From NCBI GenBank assembly GCA_965215015.1, contig OZ244042.1, positions 448,001 to 512,000 of the forward strand: a DNA stretch of 64,000 bases. Reading direction: 5' to 3'. A program made the position numbers and the translations under genes. Origin of the DNA: Candidatus Poribacteria bacterium (lineage in GTDB: Bacteria > Poribacteria > WGA-4E > PCPOR2b). Below are positions 30,501-38,993 of this stretch, piece by piece. How positions within the stretch are numbered: position 1 is the first letter of the stretch; the number at the start of each line of letters is the position of its first letter. The notes below the pieces were generated by a model, which saw only the letters and a list, made by a program, of their open reading frames with translations, had not been told where the DNA came from and made no database searches.

Positions 30501-31719
30501 GTGGGAACAAACACGCGAAAGCAGATGTTGGCTTGGAAAGAAGGGAAGTGAATGGGATTTTTTCTACCGAGGTGAATTGGTTTGGAGTGATCACGGTTAT
30601 CGCGCTAAGTTTTTTAAGGACAAAATTCCATTTTGGGAGTTTGATGATTTATTGGAACTGGCTACTAAGTATCTGGCGGTAGAGGGTTGCTCTCAGATCA
30701 AAGTCGAATTTCACCCTAGCGGTGAGAGTAAAAAAGATGAGCGTTGGTCAGAGAAGGTACGAAACCTGCTTCCGCACATTCATGACTTCCTCAAATCACC
30801 GGAGCTGTATGATCGAAAATATGAGGAAACTGGATTTACCCAAGTTTTAGATCGGTTGTCGGTTCGGTTGGTTGAAGAACTAAGGACGACATATACATTA
30901 AAAGGAATTTCCGTTTCTGACCCGGATCCACGTCCGAGTTTTTTGGACGCGACTAATCGGGAAGCGACGCTCTGGTTGGGGTTAAAGGCGGACGAAGATG
31001 AATACGCCGAGCTTATCAGCGATGCCTTAGCGGATTATTTTCGTAGCGAGAGGTTAAGCCAATTCGCCGAGAACTTATTAAACAACAAAGATCAAAAGAA
31101 GGTACTTGCCCGCTGGGAACGGAAGGGGCTCCGAATAGAGGTATCACCACCAGAGGAGGCTTCCAAAGAAGATGAAGTAAAACCAATAGAAACTTTTGAT
31201 GAGAATACTATAAGCGGAACCGATGATTCAGTGGGGGATGAATGTGAACGTTATCCAACTCCCCCACAGTCTGAAGGGATTATAGATACACGTGGAGGCC
31301 ATTGGGGTGGTACGTCCGAAGGGAGAGCAGGAGGCGGGCATGGCAGGGGCGGTGGAGGCGGAGAGGGGCAACCACATTGGAAGTTGAAGGAATGCCTTGC
31401 AAATAATCCCTCTCAACTTGGTGTAGGTTTGACATTGATTGAGCCTGAGTATCAGTTCGAGTCACGGGATAGGGTGGATATCTTACTAGAGGATAGTGCT
31501 GGAAAGCCCGTCACTGTCGAGGTAGAAACACATATTCCATCCGGAAACTACGTTGGGGTCTGGCAAGCCGTGAAGTATAAGCATCTTGCTGCGGTTGAAT
31601 ATCAACTACCGTGTGAGCAAGTGCACAGCATACTTGCAGCACCAGAAATTCCTGATGATGTTAAAGCGAAATGTAGAGAATTAGGAATCGAAGCTAGAGA
31701 GGTGACTATGCCTCCATAG
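27535..31719 (+). CDS. Sacsin-like GHKL ATPase protein with C-terminal NucS-like PD-(D/E)xK nuclease
   Basis: ELVQNAED, WNDG, GTFGIGF, TVFRLPF, FAYLPT; C-terminal EYQF..RVDILLED..PVTVEVE..QAVKY after a Gly-rich linker. Confidence 0.75.
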   Translation: MTDYQQLYQEFKRSVSRLMQLYSEKTHFVDELVQNAEDSRSLCMELRLGEKELFVWNDGNQFSEEDVSNICSIGLSNKDLTQIGTFGIGFIAVHNYTDLPEIYSGNKRFRIRDYRKREDIDDVDSKVAKQIDKGRTVFRLPFKDRLRQKDIAYLKKGLCNLEKRSLLFFRHLETIQWHDEHNGQTGSYSCRRCPHDKIQNALQVELIGSINGENQLSETFLVFCREVRPPQEVIDELLQQAEDDEERNRIQRSANKQQPVEVAFKLCNGQITGLDGCVLFAYLPTQRETHLRFLIQGRYQTTPARDNIPIDNPWNKWLVRETTNFLPEVLEQLKAGGLLEPMFFDILPLEGDGVPSAFLPIAEALRTAMKERPFIPTQDGGYAKAENVHDPHAESLRKLVKSSWLNPGSSWLHPDIRDTERFRRCLKVMREAGVREVSVSQVLGWLENQTPGWFEDKPKEWLLSLYAYLKEQRSERERIKKLPLVRLENGRHVVCVDDQPVFLPPDTDEDREEIVPFIKELPILMSALLEGDEHNNIEHFLKTLGVRELRPEELIREWIIPQYSRSDTPKPAVEENRLHLRYLCKVWHRGGWRTTVEISKTPILWAYDGVQREDYGFVAPCKAYLPQAYTSNTDLETYFSVCDNVWSAWFVDDGYLETNSDSEDWLQFLKRLGAKDAPRFLKQYPDTYDEEFEGRNIERERSTGEETIEEYYFDGVYYFFDHQESHLSQVLWRLLVKALPSEQGNRDVLFQGIYRWFYYRYNQKRFDARFYLLLKAYEDWLPDDQGSLRSPSKCFAPTSENRRVLGDSVAYLHPDLDISEDNEPARWLAKKLGIHLNANTESVLNYLQRLSNTTVSVQDIEPLYRFLAQQDARPREKFEEEPLIFTPCPEPRWWRTDQVFWEDESAVFGNSRGYLKARYAETLKPFFIALGVSERASSLDYVRGIREVTSAAQASDAEVHKRVKVLYSRLWSALQEDDSLLEDENWRKEWEQTRESRCWLGKKGSEWDFFYRGELVWSDHGYRAKFFKDKIPFWEFDDLLELATKYLAVEGCSQIKVEFHPSGESKKDERWSEKVRNLLPHIHDFLKSPELYDRKYEETGFTQVLDRLSVRLVEELRTTYTLKGISVSDPDPRPSFLDATNREATLWLGLKADEDEYAELISDALADYFRSERLSQFAENLLNNKDQKKVLARWERKGLRIEVSPPEEASKEDEVKPIETFDENTISGTDDSVGDECERYPTPPQSEGIIDTRGGHWGGTSEGRAGGGHGRGGGGGEGQPHWKLKECLANNPSQLGVGLTLIEPEYQFESRDRVDILLEDSAGKPVTVEVETHIPSGNYVGVWQAVKYKHLAAVEYQLPCEQVHSILAAPEIPDDVKAKCRELGIEAREVTMPP

Positions 31720-31990
31720 GACTTACGCAGCTGAACGTTCAAAACCTTGTCGTTCAGCGATTCAACACTGTAGAAAACAATTGCTGGTGCGATAAGAACC
31801 GACCAACAGCAGTCAATCCGTAGGCTCATAGTTGGACGATTCATCGAATACCCGTTGTCTCGTGCGGTAGTGTATGGCGAATTGAGCCAGAATACTTTAG
31901 CGCGATGTTGTTGGTATCCGACGCGCAATAAATTGCGCTACTACAAACTGTTTTGAATCCGGATCTCATTGAGGAGGGGCGTAATGTATA
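31717..31990. mobile_element. MITE-like element A, copy 3 (right end degenerate)
   Basis: TAGGACTTACGCAGCTGAACGTTCAA identical to copy 2; internal GCGCAATAAATTGCGCTACTAC hairpin. Confidence 0.65.
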
Positions 31991-32125
31991 TAACAAAAGC
32001 GAATCACCACGACCCAAATACCGAGCAGGGCAACAGGTGTGTAGTAGAGTTATTTAGAGGTTGAGTATGGAAACTTAACCTACGGGTTACCTAATAACTT
32101 GGGTTCAATACATCAGGAGGGAAGC

Positions 32126-32971
32126 ATGTCAATAGAAGAAAAGCTATATCAATTGAAAATGAATGGCTATTGTGTCCTTGAGGAGATCATCCCGGCTGAC
32201 AAAATTGATGAGATTCGAGAGAGTGTGGTGGCAGCGCAAACGGCACACCATGCAAAAGCAGAAGCGGAACTCGCAAAAACGAGGGCGAGGGGGCACCGTG
32301 TGGGCGTTCAGGGCGTTGCAAATTTGAGAGGAATCATCAACGAAACCCAGACCTTCGCCCCGTACTTGGCAGATGAGCGAATTATGGGGCTTACTGAGAC
32401 GTTATTCGGACCGTATGTGCGGATTTCCTGCACCGACTGTGTGATTAACTATCCGGGAAATGAGCGAGGCTACTGGCATTCGGATTGGCCCTACAATCAA
32501 ACCAATGCAACACACATTCCCGCACCGTATCCGGACACAATCATGCACCTCTCAACGATTTGGATGCTAACTCCATTTGGACCCGAAACGGGCGGCACCT
32601 ACGTCATCCCCGGAAGCCATAGAACCGCCGACAATCCTTCCGCAGCAGGGATAGTGGGAATCGATCGTGATGCCCCATATCCAACTGAAACGCAGGTTTC
32701 GGGGCCCGCAGGTAGCGTATTACTCTACGACAGCCGGCTCTGGCATGCGGTACCACCAAATCGTAGTGATAAACCGCGTGTTGCAGTCATTGTCCGCTAT
32801 GCGCCATGGTGGCTGAATCTGAATCCCACACAGATTGGAAATCCAGAACACACCCAAATGGTAATCGAGACGGACGGAAAAAATTACGATTCTCCCCTTA
32901 TACGAGCGGAGGCATATAAGGCACTGCCTGATAATGTGAAACCATTATACCGGCATTGGGTAGAAACATAG
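32126..32971 (+). CDS. PhyH-family Fe(II)/2OG dioxygenase
   Basis: WHSD, GGTYVIPGSH, GSVLLYDSRLWH; RBS AGGAGG. Confidence 0.88.
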   Translation: MSIEEKLYQLKMNGYCVLEEIIPADKIDEIRESVVAAQTAHHAKAEAELAKTRARGHRVGVQGVANLRGIINETQTFAPYLADERIMGLTETLFGPYVRISCTDCVINYPGNERGYWHSDWPYNQTNATHIPAPYPDTIMHLSTIWMLTPFGPETGGTYVIPGSHRTADNPSAAGIVGIDRDAPYPTETQVSGPAGSVLLYDSRLWHAVPPNRSDKPRVAVIVRYAPWWLNLNPTQIGNPEHTQMVIETDGKNYDSPLIRAEAYKALPDNVKPLYRHWVET

Positions 32972-33142
32972 ACTATCCGAGGCCGACACCATTAATAAAC
33001 CGAATTGCCCCTCTAATTTGGAAAGGAATCGCCTACACAAGCTACCTCTATACCCCCAAAAGATAAGAAACCGATTTGAAAACAGAGGGGGAAGGACAGA
33101 CACAACGGAGATATAATCTGACACATTTCCTTTTAGCTAGCA

Positions 33143-33358
33143 TGGTCGCCGGACAATAAACACATTGCCTTCATGTCTAATAGGAATGGGAACCGTGAAA
33201 TCTACGTGATGGACACCGATGGCGTGCGACAGACGCGAAGCCTCATCAATAATCGCCATAATGACATTAATCCTGCATGGTCCAATCCTGCTTTTGCAGT
33301 TGCTCCCACAGGTAAGACACTCACGATATGAGGATGGCTAAAACAGGGCGTCCGATAA
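33143..33358 (+). pseudogene. 3' remnant of a TolB/PD40 repeat protein
   Basis: WSPDNKHIAFMSNRNGNREIYVMD...PAWS...AVAPTGKTLTI*GWLK; no start codon, internal TGA. Confidence 0.7.
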
Positions 33359-33401
33359 CTGCCATTATTGAGAAAACAGCGTTTGTCTCTTCCCTGTTTC
33401 A

Positions 33402-33806
33402 TTATTCTGTGTATTCATCAAAATTAGTGACCTTCCACTGTCCGTCAATCAATTCAGTGAAAATCACAGCGTTGCGAACCGCGTTTGAAAAGCTTGTGCC
33501 CTTGATGGTCAGTTGATATCTAAAGAATACGCGATTTTCGTCCTCAATTTTTTTCCCCACCTGCTTATACTCAATGTCTGGTTTCACATAGGATTGGTCA
33601 CTACCACTTCGGACTTCCCGTAAGAATTCGATTTCCGTTTCCAATTTTTCCTTAGCCAGTCCATCGCTCAAGCGTAACGCCATCCCTTGGTTTGCGTGCA
33701 GGTAGTAGTTATAGACAAAATCTTCTGCAACATCCTCAGGTGTATTCCTGTCCGAACAAGCAAATATAATCAATAAAAGACTGAAGCCGATCCATGCCCT
33801 TTTCAT
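33402..33806 (-). CDS. Putative lipoprotein
   Basis: MKRAWIGFSLLLIIFACS signal with lipobox-like Cys. Confidence 0.7.
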   Translation of the reverse strand: MKRAWIGFSLLLIIFACSDRNTPEDVAEDFVYNYYLHANQGMALRLSDGLAKEKLETEIEFLREVRSGSDQSYVKPDIEYKQVGKKIEDENRVFFRYQLTIKGTSFSNAVRNAVIFTELIDGQWKVTNFDEYTE

Positions 33807-33857
33807 GGTCTTTCCTTTCGCTGAACCGTTCAGCAAAGATAGCAATCCGCAATTTGC

Positions 33858-33886
33858 TTGACGCGGATTAGACGGACTGATATAAT
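33858..33886 (+). promoter_or_regulatory. Sigma-70 promoter
   Basis: TTGACG-N17-TATAAT with extended -10 TG, upstream of 33949. Confidence 0.7.
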
Positions 33887-33948
33887 GTCCGATAAGCCTC
33901 TTGACCTGATGAAGTATTCACCTGACGCTTGGCAAACAGAAAGGAAGA

Positions 33949-34797
33949 TTGATGACTATTCACCGCTGGTTTATTTTATTACAATTATTCTTACTATGTT
34001 TCTGCATCTATCTAGGGGGCTGCGACCGTCCACAGAACAAATTACAGACCAATTCTCTTGAGCAGTCAAATCAAACCTCCCAACCTGCGACGCCGAAACA
34101 GGGACCGAGAACTTTAGAAGGGTTCCAAGATGCAATCGAGTCCGGACAGGTGGGAACCATCAGTGGACGTGCACTGTTCAAAGGTGAACCCCCTCCGCCC
34201 AAAGAACTGCGTGTCACCTTAAACAAAAAGACGTGTGGGCATACATATCAATCTGAAAGTCTCCTTGTTTCTGAAACCGGTGGTATTCAAAATGTGGTCG
34301 TGTCGTTATTGAGAATCCCCACAGGGCTGCCGATGGAAACTGGCGACAAACCGATCCAAATAGACCAGCAAAAGTGTGTTTTTATTCCACATGTGCTGCT
34401 AGTCCCCGCCGGCGCAGAATTTGAAGCCTTAAATAGTGATCCCGTGTCGCACAACTTTCATACTATTGGTGCACATAACAAAGAAATCAACATCATGCAG
34501 ACCAAAACGAAAAGGAGACGGTTGCCCCTGACATTTTCCGAACCTGATACTATTGAGGTAATTTGTGATGTGCATAGCTGGATGAAGGCATGGATCATTG
34601 TGACCGATCACCCCTACTACGCACTCACGGATGCAGAAGGTCAGTTTCGGTTGGAAAATGTGCCAGAAGGGAGTTATCGTATTAAGGCGTGGCATGAAGA
34701 ATTGGGAACACAGCCGGTTCAAGAAGTTGTGGTTACCATCAATCAAGATACGCGGGCTGATTTTGAGTTTAGCCTATCCTCACAGGCAGCTCAATGA
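33949..34797 (+). CDS. Lipoprotein with cupredoxin-like and carboxypeptidase-regulatory-like domains
   Basis: LGGC lipobox; HNFH and CDVHSWM; TDAEGQFRLENVPEGSYRIKAWHE. Confidence 0.72.
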   Translation: MMTIHRWFILLQLFLLCFCIYLGGCDRPQNKLQTNSLEQSNQTSQPATPKQGPRTLEGFQDAIESGQVGTISGRALFKGEPPPPKELRVTLNKKTCGHTYQSESLLVSETGGIQNVVVSLLRIPTGLPMETGDKPIQIDQQKCVFIPHVLLVPAGAEFEALNSDPVSHNFHTIGAHNKEINIMQTKTKRRRLPLTFSEPDTIEVICDVHSWMKAWIIVTDHPYYALTDAEGQFRLENVPEGSYRIKAWHEELGTQPVQEVVVTINQDTRADFEFSLSSQAAQ

Positions 34798-35018
34798 GGC
34801 ACTCAATCAACTGCTCTCGCCTACAGAAATTTGCTAAAGGTATCTCTGACCGATTCACTTCGCTTTACGCCTCTGTGCAAAAAGAAAATCCACTATATCA
34901 TTTCCACTGTTCTCAGCAGGTTCGTGCTTATCCCATTCAGGAAGTTATCGAATAATAGCCTGTAATGCAATCAACGTCAAGTAAAATAAAGGCTCTAGCC
35001 TTGGGAGTACGTTAAAAG

Positions 35019-36119
35019 ATGAAAATTACCAAACTCGAAACGTTCCTGATTGCACCCCGCTGGCTGTTTCTGCGAGTGCATACTGACGAGGGAATCGTTG
35101 GCTTGGGTGAGCCGTATCTAGAGGGACGCGCCACAACCTCCGCTGAGGCGGTCAGGGAGCTTGAGGATTACCTCATCGGTCAGGACCCACGACGAATTAT
35201 CCATCATTGGGAAGCGATGTATCGACAACCGTGTTATCATGGTGGTGCAATTTTGATGAGTGCCATCAGTGGAGTCGAGGCAGCACTTTGGGATATTCTT
35301 GGTAAGAGCGTCGGGCTGCCGGTGTGGCAACTATTGGGTGGCCGTGCTCGAGATCGTATCCGTCTGTATAAAGGGGGCGGCTCCATTGAGCAGATAAAAG
35401 AAGATGTGGCGCGGGGGTTCAAAGGGTTCAAGATTGGGTTACCCGGACCGTATCCCAAGGTTCATGCCACAAAAGAGTTTATCGATCAAGCGGTTGCCAG
35501 AGTGGGGGAGATTCGCGACGCCGTTGGACCTTCCATTGACATTGCCATCGATTTGCACGGCGCATTTCTACCTGCTGCCGCGGTGCCAATCATCAAAGCG
35601 TTGGAGCCGTTGCACCCGGCGTGGATAGAGGATCCGTGCCAGTGCGAAAACTACGATGAAATGGCGCGAATCGCTCAATCAACAAGCATTCCCATCGCGG
35701 CGGGCGAGCGCGTTTTCACACGCTGGGCATTTCGTGAACTTTTGGAGCGCGGGGCGGCGAAAATCCTGAACCCGGATCCCTGCCATGTTGGAGGCATTTT
35801 TGAGACGCGCCTCATCGCGGGGATGGCAGAAATACACTATGCTGGCATCGCGCCCCACTGTCCACTCGGCCCGATTGCGTTGGCGACCTGCCTACAACTC
35901 GATGCCATGATGCCAAACTTCGTGTCTCAGGAGCATGTTACGCTCGGCGAGGGCTATCTCAAAGAACCGTTTGTTCCGATTGATGGGTACCTGCCGATTC
36001 CTGACAAACCGGGACTTGGCATTGAACTTGACGATGAAGCAATGGCGGACAAAATTGGTGCCATTTTCCGTCCACAATCCCCGTTACACCCCGAAGATGG
36101 AACAGTCGTCGATTGGTAA
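35019..36119 (+). CDS. dgoD: Galactonate dehydratase-like enolase-superfamily enzyme
   Basis: PRWLFLRVHTDEGIVGLGEP, DLHG, WIED, AGER, APHCPLGP, C-terminal DGTVVDW. Confidence 0.75.
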   Translation: MKITKLETFLIAPRWLFLRVHTDEGIVGLGEPYLEGRATTSAEAVRELEDYLIGQDPRRIIHHWEAMYRQPCYHGGAILMSAISGVEAALWDILGKSVGLPVWQLLGGRARDRIRLYKGGGSIEQIKEDVARGFKGFKIGLPGPYPKVHATKEFIDQAVARVGEIRDAVGPSIDIAIDLHGAFLPAAAVPIIKALEPLHPAWIEDPCQCENYDEMARIAQSTSIPIAAGERVFTRWAFRELLERGAAKILNPDPCHVGGIFETRLIAGMAEIHYAGIAPHCPLGPIALATCLQLDAMMPNFVSQEHVTLGEGYLKEPFVPIDGYLPIPDKPGLGIELDDEAMADKIGAIFRPQSPLHPEDGTVVDW

Positions 36120-36144
36120 AGTAGAAGGCAGTAATCATCAGGAT

Positions 36145-36200
36145 TTATCAAAAATCCTTTAGGGGTAACCCCCCAAGATTTATCTTGGGGATATCCCCAT
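36145..36200 (+). mobile_element. IS200/IS605 left-end-like hairpin
   Basis: CCCCAAGATTTATCTTGGGG hairpin preceded by TTATCAAAAATCCTTTAGG, shared with 15670. Confidence 0.45.
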
Positions 36201-36299
36201 GCGTTTTAAGGCATTGAAAATGAGAACGTTTACTGGTGATGAGAAAGGGGATTCTCCAGGCATCTCTCTTATTGATCCCGGTTTTATCCCTTGTATATC

Positions 36300-36650
36300 A
36301 ATTTGGCAGGATTGGACCTGATGCAATAGGTCCCGGCGGTCAAGGTGCAGGTTTTGATCAGAAAAGATGGTATCATATCACAGGTGTCAAGAGGGACTCC
36401 AATCTGATAATCTATATCAATAGCAAAACAAGAGGTACGTTTAATGTTCAACGCGGTTTCCTTCAGGGTAAGGGGCACCTTCGTATCGGTGGAACGTCGA
36501 GCCGCCTTTTTTGTAATGGATGAGTTTAAGCTTTATGACCGTGTCCTAACTAAAAAGGAGGTTGAGTTGGATGCCAAAAGTCAACTCCTGCCGGTCACGC
36601 CCGAACGAAAATTAACAACCATCTGAGTTAATATTAAAACAGGTCGTTAA
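36300..36650 (+). pseudogene. LamG/concanavalin-like domain remnant
   Basis: WYHITGV...IYIN...LRIGG, frameshift, MDEFKLYDRVLT..E, tail PVTPERKLTTI*VNIK. Confidence 0.65.
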
Positions 36651-36702
36651 ACGATGAGACATCCGAGGTAGATTATCGGGAAAAGCAAACGGGAGGTGAT
36701 TA

Positions 36703-37917
36703 GTGTCCCGACGTGCAAACCACGTTGTAGGATATAGTATCCTCATCATTTTGATTAGCATGGGGACACGACAAACATTCGGTATTTATCTGCAACCGGT
36801 TACTGATGAACTTGGCATTGGGCGTGAACTATTTAGCTTAGCCATAGCCATCCAAAGCATCATTGGTGGTCTGCCGTTCGCGGGCGTGCTGGCAGATCGT
36901 TACGGTTCGCGCTGGGTGGCGATAGGGGGTGGATTACTATTCGGTGTGTCGATGTATCTGATGTCAATTACGACTCATTGGACCGGTTTGATGCTCGGTT
37001 TTGGTTTGTTATCTGGGGTGTCTCTGAGTTGTGTGTCGTATGTCGTTGTATTGGGTGCGGTGGCGCAGGTAGTTCCACCGGAACGGCGCAGCAGAACATT
37101 TGGCTTTATCACAGCCGCCGGTTCGGTTGGGATGTTTATTGTCGTGCCAGTCGCACAGCACATCGTGAATGCCTTTGGTTGGCGAACCACTTTTGCAATT
37201 TTTGGGGGATTTGTGGGCTTAATTGCCTTACTGGCAGTGGGATATCCAACTCGAAAGCAACAGGTTGCGGGGAGTGAGTCCACAGTGGAATCTTCCGATT
37301 CGCTTACTCAGGTGTTAGCTAAGGCAAGCCAGCACTCGGGATATTGGCTGTTGACTAGCGGCTTTTTTGTTTGCGGCTTCCACGTCTCGTATGTTGCGTC
37401 CCACTTACCCGCCTATCTCACGGATAACGGATTATCAGGGACAGCCGGAGCAACTGCACTCTCGCTAGTTGGGTTGTTTAATCTATTTGGTTCTACTCTA
37501 TTTGGTTACCTAGGTGATCATTATCGCAAGAAATACCTGCTGAGCGGTCTTTACCTGGGTCGCTCGTTCATTATCAGCCTGTTTCTCCTCTTTCCGGTAA
37601 CGGAAACCACGGCGATGGTTTTTGGTGCTGCAATCGGTTTTTTATGGCTGGCTACCGTACCGTTGACGAGTGGCACGGTGGCGCAAATTTTCGGTCCCCG
37701 TTACCTATCTACGCTGTACGGAATTGTATTTTTCAGTCACCAAGTGGGGAGTTTTTTTGGGGTTTGGCTTGGCGGCAGAATTTATGACGCGACGGGGATG
37801 TACACGCCTGTATGGATAATTGCGATTATCCTAGGCGTGCTGGCTTGCATCGTTCACCTTCCCATTGCGGATCGACCTATATATCCACTTAGGGCAACGG
37901 GCACGGCAATTCGCTGA
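36703..37917 (+). CDS. MFS transporter
   Basis: About 12 TM segments; GVLADRYGSR, GFFVCGFH, HQVGSF. Confidence 0.9.
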   Translation: MSRRANHVVGYSILIILISMGTRQTFGIYLQPVTDELGIGRELFSLAIAIQSIIGGLPFAGVLADRYGSRWVAIGGGLLFGVSMYLMSITTHWTGLMLGFGLLSGVSLSCVSYVVVLGAVAQVVPPERRSRTFGFITAAGSVGMFIVVPVAQHIVNAFGWRTTFAIFGGFVGLIALLAVGYPTRKQQVAGSESTVESSDSLTQVLAKASQHSGYWLLTSGFFVCGFHVSYVASHLPAYLTDNGLSGTAGATALSLVGLFNLFGSTLFGYLGDHYRKKYLLSGLYLGRSFIISLFLLFPVTETTAMVFGAAIGFLWLATVPLTSGTVAQIFGPRYLSTLYGIVFFSHQVGSFFGVWLGGRIYDATGMYTPVWIIAIILGVLACIVHLPIADRPIYPLRATGTAIR

Positions 37918-37967
37918 TATGGCATCAACTCAGTTGCAAACTTCTGAGGAAATGCGAGAATAAAGTT

Positions 37968-38432
37968 ATGGAATACAAAATCCCAATGCGCATTGTTGTT
38001 ATGAGTCCTCCGGTCGGAGTCAACTTCGCCTTGGAAAAGGACGGGAACTTGGTTTCGGTTACCCAATCTGTAGGGGAAGATATTGCGTTTGATTTTGACG
38101 CGGTTGTGAAACCGCATCGTAACACGGGCGTTCCCAACTTTACAGGGGCATTCGCCCGGGGAACTCCCTCGAAACGGTTCTTCTACGTCAATATCGGGGA
38201 GCTAGCGGGTCAGCCGGGTTGTGAATGGAGCAGAAGGGCGAAAATCTGGATTTCAACGGGCTATCCAAAATCTCTCCGTCAAGAAGAAGTAACTTGGCAA
38301 ATGGTGAAAGCAGTGTCCGAAAATCCGAATAGAGTGCTTATGGCGAGATATATGGGAACAGATAAAGACGGTGGGCCTAGCTGTGCGACTACTGAACTGA
38401 TAGATGGTGGGTGGATTATTGCTGATCGGTGA
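37968..38432 (+). CDS. DUF5990-like protein
   Basis: FTGAFARG..RFFYV..G...WSRRAKI...DGGPSCA. Confidence 0.65.
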   Translation: MEYKIPMRIVVMSPPVGVNFALEKDGNLVSVTQSVGEDIAFDFDAVVKPHRNTGVPNFTGAFARGTPSKRFFYVNIGELAGQPGCEWSRRAKIWISTGYPKSLRQEEVTWQMVKAVSENPNRVLMARYMGTDKDGGPSCATTELIDGGWIIADR

Positions 38433-38503
38433 TTGCCGATAAATCAAGTTGCGGGAAATTCGGATTTTAGCGATAGTCTCCTTCTCAGCGGCATGAAAAG
38501 CCT

Positions 38504-38785
38504 TTGGGGCGCAAAGCCTCTAACTTGGTTTTTTTAACTTTTTGCAGAAACTTAAGCACATTGCCCAAAAGAAGGATAGAGACATCCGTTTCATTGATAA
38601 ATGGTTATCCGTCAAGCAAAACACGCCATGTCTGTGGCGTAATCAATCCAGTCCTAAACCTTCGTTATAGAACTTGGCGGTGTCCAAGCTGCGATATACA
38701 GTTGGATAGAGACCGCAACGCGGCTATCAATATCCATCGGGTAGGGGCGTCTACCTTTGCAGGAGAGGGCGTCAGTCTCCGATAA
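38504..38785 (+). pseudogene. tnpB: tnpB C-terminal remnant
   Basis: YPSSKT, RTWRCPSC, DRDRNAAINI (zinc ribbon plus RuvC-III); N-terminal part missing. Confidence 0.82.
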
Positions 38786-38884
38786 ATCGGAGCCCCCCTG
38801 ATAGCACAATTCCACTCCTAAACGAATAAGAATCTCAAGTAAACTTCGATCATATCCAATCTTTTAGGTTTGGGAGTGCGTCAA
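38786..38884 (+). mobile_element. IS200/IS605 right end
   Basis: Ends TTTAGGTTTGGGAGTGCGTCAA, as at 24140 and 16272. Confidence 0.65.
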
Positions 38885-38993
38885 ATGATTTACATACGCT
38901 CAATTGGTTTGGATATGTCTATCCAAACCGATCAGGATTGATAAATAGAACGCAAAGCGGCAGACAAAAAACACGCAAAACATCCCAATTTTT

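Noticed and set aside
33143-36650. Alternative genetic code (TGA = Trp)
   Set aside because: Many intact genes end at TGA at their expected C-termini and use TGG for Trp; both fragments have other lesions
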